From the UHGV virus genome UHGV-0227276: a DNA stretch of 23,483 nt; one strand, written 5' to 3'. The stretch comes from a virus. Positions 1 through 8,992 of this stretch are shown here, one piece after another. The position numbers and the translations under genes were made by a program. The stretch's first letter is position 1; each line of letters begins with the position of its first letter. The notes under the pieces were generated by a model. That model was not told the origin of the DNA. It did no database searches and saw nothing but the letters and a program-made list of their open reading frames with translations.

Positions 1-20
1 GAGGCACCGACGCAGATCAT
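1..20 (-). CDS. 5' end (about 6 codons) of the gene downstream of T, at the position of P2 tail gene U; continues beyond the window
   Basis: ATG at 20-18 on the minus strand overlaps the T stop codon as ATGA; too short to assess by sequence. Confidence 0.2.
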
Positions 21-2926
21 CATTCAGACGCAGCCAGGACAAAGTGCGCAGGATATTGCGCGGGACGTGGCACGCCAGCTTGATGAACGTGAACGCAGGC
101 TGCGGCAGCAACGCCCATCATTCCGGCAACAACGGCAGCCAGTGCAGCGGTATTTCTCCGGCTGGTCACATTTGCCGGGCCGTTAACAATTTCCGGCCCG
201 TTTTCACCGACGATGCCAAACTGCCCGCGCGGGATATACCCGCCGCTGTCATACATCCCCGCAAAGCCATATCCCCATGATGGAAAACCACCCGATGGCA
301 TCATCACTTTACCGTCTGCATTCACCGTCGCAGGTTGCTGACGCGTCACGCTTTCCGGCAGTTTTGCCTTTGCGGCCTCTTTACTGACAATGCCGAGCTT
401 CTCCAGCAACCAGGAAACGCCGGATTTCAGGGAGTCCAGCGGATGCATGACCATATTCAGCCCTTCCGCCAGTGCCTCCCCGAATCGCCGCCCCATTGCC
501 GCTGCGCTCTGCAGTTCGGCAGAGGTCGACTTAACGGGCGTCAGCAGATCAGTAAACCAGCCCCACAGCGCCTGCACTTTGTCGCCAATCCACTGGAACA
601 CGGGCTTAAGCGGTTCGAACGCTGCACTGATGGGACCTGCCGCCGCTTTGAATCCTTCCACCACGCCACCGAGAAATGCGGTGATAGGTTGCCAGTATTT
701 CCAGACAACCAGCGCCACGCCCGCCAGTGCAGTAACCACAAGACCTATCGGACTGAGCAGAGCACCTAACAGACCAGATATGGCATACAGGGCAACGCGC
801 AGCATCGCCAGCGAACCGGATGCCAGCACACGCAGCACCGTACCTGCGGCGGTCAGTCCACCGCGCAGTATCGCCAGAGGATTCATAAACATCACAGCAA
901 CAGCACGTAAACCGGATAATCCAGACCGCAAAAGTGCAACCGGCGCACCTGCTACAGTTTTCAGGACATTTCCCGTCAGTGATGCCGTGCGGCGCAAAGA
1001 CGACAACGGCGCAGTAAGTAAACCCGCAGCATTGCCCGATGAAGCAAGCCCGCGTCGCAGCAGTGCCAGTGGTGCGCCAGCCAGCCAGGACAACGCGTTG
1101 CTGGTTCGAGTTACTGCTGCCGTAACGGAAGGTAACGTTTTGATACCCAGCACAGAGAATCCCAGACGGATGACTGCCAGCGGCCCCAGCACTGCAGCCA
1201 GCGCCACCGCTAAGGTGCCGAGGCCCACTGTCACAGCAGCCACAACCGCTGCTACTTTCATCAGTGTGCCCGTCAGTTCCGGGTTAGCTTCCACCCAGCG
1301 GCGCAACGCCCCCGTGACGCTTTTCACCGTGTACAGAATATCCATCAGCGGCTGGCGCAGCGTTTCGCCCAGGCTGCTGAAGGTGTTCTGCGCTCCGGTT
1401 TTGACCAGCAACCACTGAGCAGAAAGTGAATCCTTGTTAATGTCGGATTCTTTCTGCATGGAGCCAAGCGCATCATTGCCCGCTGTCAGTTTTAACTGAC
1501 GCTGCAGTTCCGGCAGGTTGTTTGCCAGTTTCGCCGCGTCATCGCCAAACTCTTTACCAAACAACATAGTCATGGCAGACAGGCGCTTGTCCTGCGGCAG
1601 CGCGTTTACCTTCTCCAGCACGCGCTGGATGGTTCCCATCGCATCCTTCGTCATCTGCTTTTCAATCACTTCAGGATTGAGTTTCAGCAGATTCATCCCT
1701 TCAAAGAAACTCTTGCTTTGCATGGTGGCAATGGACAATTCACGCACCATCGCGTTTGCTGCACTGGCTGCAACCTCTGGCGCAGCGCCCAGTGTCAGGA
1801 AGGTGGAACCCAGCGCCGCCGCTTTACGATAATCCAGACGGTCAGCCACACCGCCCAGACGTTGCATCACATCAATGATGTCTGCCCCTTTCGACATGGC
1901 GTTATCATCCAGATAGTTCAGCGCATCACCGAGCTGTTCAATATTGCGGGTGGGGATTTTGTAGAGCTGGGCGATTTTCCCCAGACTTTCTGACAGTTCA
2001 TCCGCTGGCAGCTCAAAGGCTGTTGCCGCCTTTGCTGCCGTACTGGCGAAGGCCAGCAGGTCACGTTTCTGATCTTCCCAGCTGTCGTCAGGGTTTGCGA
2101 CGTTCATGCGCGCACCACCTTCAACCAGTGCAGCGAAGTCCACCGCACCGTTTTCCATCGGCAACTGTTCGCTGGCAGCCTTGATGGCATCCTGCATTTC
2201 ATAAAAACGTGCAGTGCGGTTGCCATTATCGTCACGCAGACCATTGACCTGCTTTGCCACACCTTTCATGGCATCTTCCATGCTGGTATAGCTTTTTACT
2301 GCCGCCATCACTGGTGCACCCATTGCCAGCCCTGCAGCCGTGGTGGTGGCTCCGGCACCTGCAATACGATCACGCACCTCCAGCGAACGGGCATAACTGG
2401 CACGCGCTGCATTCATCCTGCGCTGAGCTTCCCCCAGTCGCTTCAGCCGCGCCTCCTGTTTCGAAAGTTCCTGGTTATAACGTGATGTTTCACGGGCTAA
2501 ACGGGCAGTTGCTCCCGCATCGTCTTTCGCAGAAATTCCCGCCCGGTACAGTTCAGCACGCACAAGCGCCGTCTGCCGCTGCAGCTTTTTCTGGCGTTCT
2601 TCCAGGCGCTGAACAGCCAGCCGTTGACGGCCCAGAGCAACAACCTGACGTTGCGAAGGCGGCCCCATCGCTCCCAGTTCCTGACTGAGCAAATTTGCAC
2701 GCTGGCGGGCATAGTTCAGCCTGTCGCCTAATTTCTGATTTTCTGCCTGCAGCTTTCGGAAGCTGTCCAGACTGCTCCCGGCCTGATCAAGCTGCTTTAT
2801 TGCATCGCGGGATTTTTTGACAGCAGCAGCCAGTTCTCTTGAACTGGCCTGCGCAGATCGAAATGGGCGGGTGAGCTTGTCAACCGCATTAAGAATGACC
2901 TGCAGACGCAGGTTGTTATCACTCAT
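20..2926 (-). CDS. T: tail tape measure protein (P2 gpT-like), 968 aa
   Basis: Very long ORF directly downstream of E/E'; coiled-coil-like N-terminal half rich in A/Q/R/L, central hydrophobic Gly/Ala/Leu-rich stretches; position matches the P2 FI-FII-E-T-U-D operon. Confidence 0.9.
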   Translation of the reverse strand: MSDNNLRLQVILNAVDKLTRPFRSAQASSRELAAAVKKSRDAIKQLDQAGSSLDSFRKLQAENQKLGDRLNYARQRANLLSQELGAMGPPSQRQVVALGRQRLAVQRLEERQKKLQRQTALVRAELYRAGISAKDDAGATARLARETSRYNQELSKQEARLKRLGEAQRRMNAARASYARSLEVRDRIAGAGATTTAAGLAMGAPVMAAVKSYTSMEDAMKGVAKQVNGLRDDNGNRTARFYEMQDAIKAASEQLPMENGAVDFAALVEGGARMNVANPDDSWEDQKRDLLAFASTAAKAATAFELPADELSESLGKIAQLYKIPTRNIEQLGDALNYLDDNAMSKGADIIDVMQRLGGVADRLDYRKAAALGSTFLTLGAAPEVAASAANAMVRELSIATMQSKSFFEGMNLLKLNPEVIEKQMTKDAMGTIQRVLEKVNALPQDKRLSAMTMLFGKEFGDDAAKLANNLPELQRQLKLTAGNDALGSMQKESDINKDSLSAQWLLVKTGAQNTFSSLGETLRQPLMDILYTVKSVTGALRRWVEANPELTGTLMKVAAVVAAVTVGLGTLAVALAAVLGPLAVIRLGFSVLGIKTLPSVTAAVTRTSNALSWLAGAPLALLRRGLASSGNAAGLLTAPLSSLRRTASLTGNVLKTVAGAPVALLRSGLSGLRAVAVMFMNPLAILRGGLTAAGTVLRVLASGSLAMLRVALYAISGLLGALLSPIGLVVTALAGVALVVWKYWQPITAFLGGVVEGFKAAAGPISAAFEPLKPVFQWIGDKVQALWGWFTDLLTPVKSTSAELQSAAAMGRRFGEALAEGLNMVMHPLDSLKSGVSWLLEKLGIVSKEAAKAKLPESVTRQQPATVNADGKVMMPSGGFPSWGYGFAGMYDSGGYIPRGQFGIVGENGPEIVNGPANVTSRRNTAALAAVVAGMMGVAAAACVHVHQAGVPRPAQYPAHFVLAASE

Positions 2927-3355
2927 CGTTGGCCCCGCTTCTCTGAATCGCTTTATACCGCCATTCCAGCACTTCGGTCAGCGGCATAACGTCAGTAACG
3001 GATGGCGGCCAGTGAAAAATGGTGGCGATATCTGCCACCAGATCGTCAACCGTCAGGCTGTCGGTAAACCGGCAAGCACCGACTTCTTCAATAAAAAAGT
3101 GACAACCTCAACCGACATGGCAGTGAGATCTGCCGGGTCCATCTCTGCAATTTCCTGTGCAGTCAGTGCCGGACTGGAGATGCGGGGGATCACGGTCATC
3201 ATCGCGTTTACATCCATATCCATAATGGCCTGCAGGCGTGTACCGCGCAGCGCACCGGACTGCGGTTTACGCAGCACAATTTCGGTGATTTCTGTTTTAC
3301 CGCGCTTGATGGGGGTATCCAGTTGAATGGTCTTTTCAGTCTGCTTATCGCTCAT
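2919..3355 (-). CDS. tail assembly chaperone E+E' made by programmed -1 ribosomal frameshift (about 142 aa)
   Basis: Slippery heptamer T_TTT_TTA on the minus strand (plus coords 3092-3098) near the end of E; the -1 frame is open for 57 codons and stops at TGA 2921-2919, overlapping the T start codon. Confidence 0.6.
3053..3355 (-). CDS. E: tail protein E (P2 gpE-like), 100 aa
   Basis: ORF MSDKQTEKTIQLDTPIKRGKTEITEIVL...; small ORF between tail tube and tape measure genes, as in P2. Confidence 0.85.
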   Translation of the reverse strand: MSDKQTEKTIQLDTPIKRGKTEITEIVLRKPQSGALRGTRLQAIMDMDVNAMMTVIPRISSPALTAQEIAEMDPADLTAMSVEVVTFLLKKSVLAGLPTA

Positions 3356-3409
3356 TTTGCTGTCCTGTCAATTGGGTTCTGGCGCGGTATCCCGCGCCGT
3401 TCAGATATA

Positions 3410-3925
3410 TCAGAGGCCGAGGGCGTTGCGGTGCGCTTCCATCAGGTCCACACCGTCCACAATTTCCACCATGTTGATAAGGTCCACTTCATAGAGCACC
3501 TCACCATTGATGGTCAGCTTCGCGTAGCTGTTGGTACTGGTCACTTTGGTGGTGTTGCTTTCGCCCGTCTTCCACTCGCCGGAATCCACTTCTTTGTGAC
3601 GTCCACGCACGACAAGCTCCACGGCCTGCACTTCCCCGGTATCGTCACGCTGAATAGAGCCGGTAAAGCGCAGCTGGATGCCATCCACCGTGGCTTTACC
3701 CATCTGTTTAAACAGCAGCAATTCAGTACCACCAATGGAAAATTCTGTGTCCAGCGCACTGTCATCAAGCCCCAGATCCACATCCACCGCACCCGGCATT
3801 CCGCCGCCGCGATACTTCTCATATTTGCGGGTAAATTTCGGCAGCGTCAGCGACTCAACGATCCCCTGCCAGTTGTTCCCGTCGTTAAACAGGTTCAGGT
3901 GTTTTAATTTGCGTGGTAAAGCCAT
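3410..3925 (-). CDS. FII: tail tube protein (P2 gpFII-like), 171 aa
   Basis: ORF MALPRKLKHLNLFNDGNNWQG...; follows the sheath gene as in P2. Confidence 0.9.
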   Translation of the reverse strand: MALPRKLKHLNLFNDGNNWQGIVESLTLPKFTRKYEKYRGGGMPGAVDVDLGLDDSALDTEFSIGGTELLLFKQMGKATVDGIQLRFTGSIQRDDTGEVQAVELVVRGRHKEVDSGEWKTGESNTTKVTSTNSYAKLTINGEVLYEVDLINMVEIVDGVDLMEAHRNALGL

Positions 3926-3934
3926 GTTGTCCCC

Positions 3935-5107
3935 TTACGCGCTGACCTGGCTGGCGAAATTCACCAGGTACTGATCGGTGATGCGCTGACGCAGCATCAG
4001 GTTTTCAAGTGGCGGCACTGGCGTGTAGTCGTAGTCGATGGTGAGTTTTCCGGCTTTCAGCGTGTCTTTGTCGTTCACCGACTCATCCAGCCAGCAATCA
4101 CCACCAATGAGATAGCCCTGACTGACCAGGCTGCGCATTTTGGCGCGGATACCTTCGATAATGTCGCGGGCCAGCGACGGGTTAAGCGGTTTATCCACCG
4201 CCCACATGTGTGCTTCTGCCATCGTGTCCATCAGCACCTGCGCCGTGCGGGTGTAGTTTTCGAAGGCAAAGAGCGGGTCATCACTCAGGCAGCGGGAACC
4301 CCAGAAGCGGAAACCGTCTTTACGCACAAGCGTGGTGACGTCGTTCTGGTTCAGCAGACCTGCATCGGTTGCCGGGTCCTGCAGATCCCAGAACACATCT
4401 GCAGAAATTCCGGTGACACCGTTCACGCCCACGTTGGACAGGCTTTTGTGCCATCCGGTCTGCTCGTCAATTTTGGCGCGCAGACCAAGCGCACGGGCGG
4501 TGGCATATGCCGTTGCTTCGGCATTCAGCACCGTGTCCCAGCCAGTAAAGTCAGGCCAGATCAGCATCCCTTCGCGCTGGCTGAAGTTTTCACGGTAAGT
4601 GATCGCCTCCTGTATCGTCTTGCAGCCATACGCTGACAGGTAAGCAAACCCACGCAGGCTTTGCGCCACGCTCAGCAACTCAGTAGCTACCGCCTTGGTG
4701 TCGTGACCAGGTACACCCAGAATGCGCGGTTTAACGCCGAGCTGTGACTGGGCAGATAACAGGGCTTTCATACCTGTTTTTTTACCTTCAGCAGTCACTG
4801 CGCCGATGATATTGGTCGTGGTTTCGTCTTCCGTTTCACCCTGCGGCACACGCACAACAACGGTCACGGGTTTTGCCTGGTCAGCGATGGCATCCAGCGA
4901 ACGGGCCAGCGTGCCGGACTCACCCGCTTTACCGCTGGCAGTCAGCACATCAGTGATCAGTACGGGTTTATTAAGAGGAAACATTTTTGCATCGGCATCA
5001 TCGCCCGTGCAGACCATGCCCACGATGGCGGTGCTCACCGTGGTAATGGATCGGGTGCCTTCGTTGACTTCAACAACGCGCACCCCGTGGTGGTAATCCT
5101 GAGCCAT
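3935..5107 (-). CDS. FI: contractile tail sheath protein (P2 gpFI-like), 390 aa
   Basis: [29 protein letters not shown]...; size and position typical of the myovirus sheath gene. Confidence 0.9.
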   Translation of the reverse strand: MAQDYHHGVRVVEVNEGTRSITTVSTAIVGMVCTGDDADAKMFPLNKPVLITDVLTASGKAGESGTLARSLDAIADQAKPVTVVVRVPQGETEDETTTNIIGAVTAEGKKTGMKALLSAQSQLGVKPRILGVPGHDTKAVATELLSVAQSLRGFAYLSAYGCKTIQEAITYRENFSQREGMLIWPDFTGWDTVLNAEATAYATARALGLRAKIDEQTGWHKSLSNVGVNGVTGISADVFWDLQDPATDAGLLNQNDVTTLVRKDGFRFWGSRCLSDDPLFAFENYTRTAQVLMDTMAEAHMWAVDKPLNPSLARDIIEGIRAKMRSLVSQGYLIGGDCWLDESVNDKDTLKAGKLTIDYDYTPVPPLENLMLRQRITDQYLVNFASQVSA

Positions 5108-5182
5108 AAGGCAGTCTCTCCGGTTGTAGAGGGGGTCTGCCTATGTTCTGGTTGATACACGCAGGGTGCACGCGATGGGTTT

Positions 5183-5200
5183 TGTATGGAAAATGGCACA
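5183..5200 (-). promoter_or_regulatory. candidate Ogr-type late-promoter activator site (TGT-N12-ACA) for the FI operon
   Basis: TGT atggaaaatggc ACA dyad centred about 84 bp upstream of the FI start codon, consistent with a -55 activator site and a roughly 30-nt leader. Confidence 0.5.
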
Positions 5201-5211
5201 ACGACGGGGCG

Positions 5212-5234
5212 AAAAAATCCCCGCAGGCGCGGGG
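5212..5234 (-). terminator. rho-independent terminator after the V-W-J-I-H-G tail-fibre operon
   Basis: Minus strand reads CCCCGC-gcct-GCGGGG stem-loop followed by TTTTTT, just downstream of the G stop codon. Confidence 0.5.
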
Positions 5235-5241
5235 CAGGAAT

Positions 5242-5751
5242 TTAAATTTCTGGTAGTTTGGGCCAGTTAATATCAGGGGCTGTGCTGATATCTATTGCTG
5301 CTACCACGTCGATATAGTCAAGAACGGAATCGAGCTTTACTGTTTCTTCCGCAGTTAATTTTCTTCCCGCCTGCAATTTTAGTTGAATCAGAACAATGGA
5401 AGACATGGCATCATCAATCAGTGACTGGCGTTGCAGTTCAGCCCCTTCCACTGCTGCGTTATGTTGCGCTTTGGTATCCGTCACCCATTTCTCACCATCC
5501 CACTTATCGTATGGTGTTAACGGAGCAATAGTGGTTGTCTTTTCAGGGTAATCTCCCGGCACTGTGATTTCTTTTGAGTCCCCCGTTTCGGTGTTATAGA
5601 CGATTTCACCGCGATGGTCTGGCACATATTCCCATGATCTCAAATCCAGAGTTCGACAAGACACATAACCTGACTTATATGAACCAGGAGCATCTAAACA
5701 CGCTCTGATTCCATCACCAACGCTACATACACGAGGGAGTATTGGTAACAC
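5242..5751 (-). CDS. G: tail fibre assembly protein (Tfa/gpG-like), 5'-rearranged: residues 18-169 are Tfa-like, the first 17 codons derive from an inverted segment
   Basis: C-terminal ...TAEETVKLDSVLDYIDVVAAIDISTAPDINWPKLPEI and central SWEYVPDHRGEIVYN resemble lambda Tfa as I recall it; codons 10-16 of the annotated N-terminus are encoded by a 20-bp inverted-repeat copy. Confidence 0.7.
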   Translation of the reverse strand: MLPILPRVCSVGDGIRACLDAPGSYKSGYVSCRTLDLRSWEYVPDHRGEIVYNTETGDSKEITVPGDYPEKTTTIAPLTPYDKWDGEKWVTDTKAQHNAAVEGAELQRQSLIDDAMSSIVLIQLKLQAGRKLTAEETVKLDSVLDYIDVVAAIDISTAPDINWPKLPEI

Positions 5752-5812
5752 AGGTGGGAGCGAAACCCGTCCACGAAATATTGCATTTAACTATATCGTG
5801 AGAGCTGCGTAA
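5723..5812 (+). other. displaced 3' end of tail fibre gene H (29 codons plus TAA), on the opposite strand to H
   Basis: Plus-strand frame continues from the repeat (LIPSPT) into LHTRGSIGNTGGSETRPRNIAFNYIVRAA and ends TAATG, overlapping the start of the Tfa N-terminal fragment. Confidence 0.55.
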
Positions 5813-5952
5813 TGGATAAAGCCGTATTAAATAGCGAACTTATTGCCACGAAGGCGGGGAATATTACCGTCTATAACTATGATGGTGAAACACGGGAATA
5901 TATTTCTGAATCAACTGAATATCTTGCTGTTGGCGTCGGTATTCCCGCACAT
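5812..5952 (+). pseudogene. detached 5' fragment (47 codons) of the tail fibre assembly gene, on the opposite strand to G
   Basis: MDKAVLNSELIATKAGNITVYNYDGETREYISESTEYLAVGVGIPAH resembles the Tfa N-terminus (lambda Tfa ...[32 protein letters not shown], from memory); joining it to G codon 18 onward restores an in-frame 200-aa Tfa. Confidence 0.6.
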
Positions 5953-7489
5953 TCGTTGGTGATGGAATCAGAGTCCCTCCGGAATCGGCAGCATCAAGCC
6001 CCCGGCCTTGCGTATATGCTTTTCTGAAGATTGCCGCCAGTTCCCATTCCTCTTTTGAATCATACCCATCGTTGGCTACAACCATATGGCGGTGTTTTTC
6101 CAGCATTCCAGCCTGAAGGCTCAATAAAGCACGCCCAGCATCAATACCACGCCCATCATCCCAGCCACGAATAAACTCACCACGTAAATCAGGCAATTTA
6201 TTTGTCGGATAAACCTTTGCCAGTTTGGGATATTCTTCAGCCGAAAAAGCCGCTCCGTTGCATTTCAGCCAGCCTGTCGGTGGAGTGGCAGAAGGCCACG
6301 GAACAGGGACACCAACAGGTAATGCAGAGCCATCCCCTAAACCAAGATAATCAAGAACGCCCTGTGCGCTGGGCCTGCTAAGAATGGTACGCCCAACACT
6401 TGTCAGTGCAGTTAAGGCAGCTCGATCTTCCCCTGTAAAATAAGGGAGTTTATCTTTTGATGTAGAAAGCCCTGCCAACGCCGTTAAAGTAGCATCCTTT
6501 GGCTGCTTCCCCGCAAGGGAGTTAGTTATTGTCGTGGCAAAGTTCGGATCATTCCCCAGCGCCGCTGCCAGTTCGTTCAGCGTATCCAGTGCCGCAGGTG
6601 CAGAACCCACCATTGCTGCAATTGCCGATTTCACAAAAGCGGTAGTGGCAATCTGTGTATTGTTGACCGACTGCGCCGCCGTGGGAGCTGTTGGCGTTCC
6701 GGTGAGTGCCGGACTCGACAGCGGCGCTTTTTGTGCCAGTGCATTGTTAATGGTGGTACTGAATTTCGGATCATTGTTAATGGCTGCGGCTATTTCTTTC
6801 AGCGTGTCCAGGGTGGCTGGCGCACCATTAATAAGAGCCGTCAGAGCCGCCTGAACAAACGCGGTGGTCGCAATCTGCGTGGTGTTATTCCCTGCTGCTG
6901 GCGTTGGCGCTTTGGGTGTCCCGGTAAACGTCGGACTTTCTTTGGGTGCATACTGTGAATGCGGGTCCGGTGCGGCAAGATGTTTTGCCATCAGGTCATC
7001 CACGTACACCTTCAGCTCCAGTACCTTATCATCCACATACTTGCGGGTTGCCAGCACGACGGCAGGGTCGATTTTCAGGGTGATATTGTCCGTGCTGCTG
7101 GTTATCAGCACCATGCGCACGGTCTGGGTACGTCCGCTGCCTTCAGCCAGTTGCGGCTTATAGCTTTCCGGGCAGTTTCCCACGGCAATCAATGCCCCGG
7201 ACTCATCAAACAGGCCCACTTCACGTATCCACCAACCGCCCTCGTTTTCAGGGATCACCTGTTCAGCAATAATCTGGCTGCTGTTCTGCGGGTCGATATA
7301 GAGCATATTCAGCGCAGCCCGGCGTTTCTCATTTACCAATGCTGTCTGCTTGGCGTCCGGCGTTGGCAATGTTCCGCCGCCATCGCCGACCGCCATATGG
7401 GTAATTTTTAAAGGCACACCGAGCGCGGCGGCGCTGGCAAGTTTCGCCGCGCCAATATCCGTCAGCAGGGTATAAAATTTTGTGCTCAT
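5864..7489 (-). CDS. H: tail fibre protein (P2 gpH-like), 541 aa; last 29 codons are antisense of the detached tfa fragment
   Basis: N-terminus MSTKFYTLLTDIGAAKLASAAALGVPLKITHMAVGDGGG; internal tandem repeats; C-terminal WLKCNGAAFSAEEYPKLA...LPDLRGEFIRGWDDGRG tail-fibre domain; start overlaps the I stop (ATGA). Confidence 0.85.
   Translation of the reverse strand: MSTKFYTLLTDIGAAKLASAAALGVPLKITHMAVGDGGGTLPTPDAKQTALVNEKRRAALNMLYIDPQNSSQIIAEQVIPENEGGWWIREVGLFDESGALIAVGNCPESYKPQLAEGSGRTQTVRMVLITSSTDNITLKIDPAVVLATRKYVDDKVLELKVYVDDLMAKHLAAPDPHSQYAPKESPTFTGTPKAPTPAAGNNTTQIATTAFVQAALTALINGAPATLDTLKEIAAAINNDPKFSTTINNALAQKAPLSSPALTGTPTAPTAAQSVNNTQIATTAFVKSAIAAMVGSAPAALDTLNELAAALGNDPNFATTITNSLAGKQPKDATLTALAGLSTSKDKLPYFTGEDRAALTALTSVGRTILSRPSAQGVLDYLGLGDGSALPVGVPVPWPSATPPTGWLKCNGAAFSAEEYPKLAKVYPTNKLPDLRGEFIRGWDDGRGIDAGRALLSLQAGMLEKHRHMVVANDGYDSKEEWELAAIFRKAYTQGRGLDAADSGGTLIPSPTNVREYRRQQQDIQLIQKYIPVFHHHSYRR
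6470..6934 (-). repeat. diverged tandem duplication of about 76 codons inside H
   Basis: PTFTGTPKAPTPAAGNNTTQIATTAFVQAALTALINGAPATLDTLKEIAAAINNDPKFSTT... is followed by PALTGTPTAPTAAQSVNNTQIATTAFVKSAIAAMVGSAPAALDTLNELAAALGNDPNFATT... Confidence 0.7.
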
Positions 7490-8091
7490 GGATTCACTCT
7501 CATTGTGTCAATAACATGGACCGCCCCGCCTTCATGCGCGGTGCCGCCGGAAATAATTGTTTCGTTGATATACGGATAGATCGTGATTTCTTCGCCAAGA
7601 TAGCTGGCGGCTCCCACCCAATGCGGGCCGCTGGTCTGCAGGTTGATGGACATGCCGATCATGTGACGGCTACATGGTTTGGCATCGCTTATCAGTCGCT
7701 CAAGTTCCAGATAGGTATCTTCAGTGATGCCCTGGTCCTGCACGCCGATATCCAGACGAAACGTGCCCGGTGTCTCTCCGGTCTGCCACCACTCAATAAT
7801 GCGGATCAGAAAGCCGAACGGCTCCACCACCCGCCGCACGGCACTGGTGGTCCCTTTATGCTGATGAATATAAAAAGCATCCTTCACCACCTGGCGCTTG
7901 ACGCTTTCTGTCCAGCCCTCATCCCAGCGATCCACAGAGAACGCCCAGGCGAGATAAGGTAGGAAACTGACCGGACAGGTTGCCGGATTCCACAAGTCAC
8001 GCAGCGGCACCTGCAGATCAGAAATCCCGCTACAGGTCTGCGCCAGTCGGCGCTCCAGTGAAGTTGAACCCGGTGGCAGCAGACTATTCAT
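7486..8091 (-). CDS. I: baseplate assembly / tail protein I (P2 gpI-like), 201 aa
   Basis: ORF between J and H with overlapping stop/start codons, as in P2 V-W-J-I-H-G. Confidence 0.85.
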   Translation of the reverse strand: MNSLLPPGSTSLERRLAQTCSGISDLQVPLRDLWNPATCPVSFLPYLAWAFSVDRWDEGWTESVKRQVVKDAFYIHQHKGTTSAVRRVVEPFGFLIRIIEWWQTGETPGTFRLDIGVQDQGITEDTYLELERLISDAKPCSRHMIGMSINLQTSGPHWVGAASYLGEEITIYPYINETIISGGTAHEGGAVHVIDTMRVNP

Positions 8092-8992
8092 CCGTTCCTC
8101 CGTTGGTTACGCTCCACTGCGTACATGATGCGGCCTGTGTTTTGTTCAGGACCACATCAGCCAGCGGTGAAGCCAGCTCCACACGTTGAACCCCCTCAAC
8201 ATGCAGCGCGGCAAAAATGGCACTACGGCGAATATCCCGACCAAGCCGCGTCTGACTGGCGATGTACTTCTGCAGGCTGGCTTTTGCCGCTGCCATTACC
8301 GGCTCTGCTTCGGGCCCCGGATAGAGAAAAATGGTGGCTTCCACGCGGTACGGGATGATTTCTGCGCTGCGAACCGTAAGACGGTCAGCCACCGGGCGGA
8401 CGTTCTCACTGTTCAGGGCTTTCTCCACCACATCCAGCAGGTCTTTTTCTGCTGTTCCGTCGCCTTCGCGGCTAAGGACAGTCAGCACCACCTCTGCAGG
8501 TGCCGGGCTGGTTGCACTGGCATCCGCCACCCGACCGTCGGCGCTTCGGGCATGAAATTCATAAGCTGCAGTTGGCCCCGCAACTGAAAGCCCTTCAAAG
8601 GCTGCAGGCACACGCAGGCGTAACGCTTCATCACTTTCCATCACTGCCGCAACGGGCGGCACAGCGTCATTATCAGCAGGCGTCACCGTCAGGCGTTTCA
8701 CGTTGTAATTGGCAGCGAGCTGGTCCAGATCGCTCCCTATGGCATAAGCCGCCATCACCGCCTGCGCGGCTTCGTTAATGCGCTGGCGCAGAAGCAACTC
8801 ACGATAAGCGTTCTCCTGCAACAATTTGGTGACGGGTTCAGATTCCAGTTCCAGCGTGCGGATCACTGCTTCCTGCTCATCTTTCGGATGAAGCGCCACA
8901 AATTCTGCCTTGCGTTCGGCAAGCAGCGTCTCAAAGTCCGGCACATCCACAATTTGCGGCGCAGGCAACTGCGAAAGGTCAATCACTGCCAT
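8084..8992 (-). CDS. J: baseplate assembly protein J (P2 gpJ-like), about 302 aa
   Basis: ORF 8084..9031; likely true start is the internal MAVIDLSQLPAPQIVDVPDFETLLAERKAEF at 8992, giving the P2 J size; overlaps W and I. Confidence 0.85.
   Translation of the reverse strand: MAVIDLSQLPAPQIVDVPDFETLLAERKAEFVALHPKDEQEAVIRTLELESEPVTKLLQENAYRELLLRQRINEAAQAVMAAYAIGSDLDQLAANYNVKRLTVTPADNDAVPPVAAVMESDEALRLRVPAAFEGLSVAGPTAAYEFHARSADGRVADASATSPAPAEVVLTVLSREGDGTAEKDLLDVVEKALNSENVRPVADRLTVRSAEIIPYRVEATIFLYPGPEAEPVMAAAKASLQKYIASQTRLGRDIRRSAIFAALHVEGVQRVELASPLADVVLNKTQAASCTQWSVTNGGTDE

Larger units (their letters stand above)
5703..5973. repeat. 20-bp perfect inverted repeats (5703-5722 and 5954-5973, CTCTGATTCCATCACCAACG) flanking a 231-bp inverted segment at the H/G junction
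   Basis: Exact reverse-complement match read directly from the sequence, with mismatches immediately outside both ends. Confidence 0.9.

Noticed and set aside
390-1418. 342-aa plus-strand ORF (and neighbouring plus-strand ORFs at 335-769 and 1518-1993) inside the tape measure gene
   Set aside because: Antisense to a well-supported long gene in GC-rich DNA; low-complexity S/A/T/P/R-rich translation typical of spurious antisense ORFs
5703-5973. Mu G-segment-like (Gin/Cin-type) invertible host-range cassette
   Set aside because: Segment is only 231 bp, there is no alternative complete fibre-tip/chaperone gene pair and no invertase gene in the window, and an intact Tfa frame requires loss of one repeat copy rather than simple inversion
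6534-7411. Plus-strand ORFs (6534-6854, 6864-7163, 6959-7411) within tail fibre gene H
   Set aside because: Antisense to H, no ribosome-binding sites, composition typical of GC-rich antisense frames
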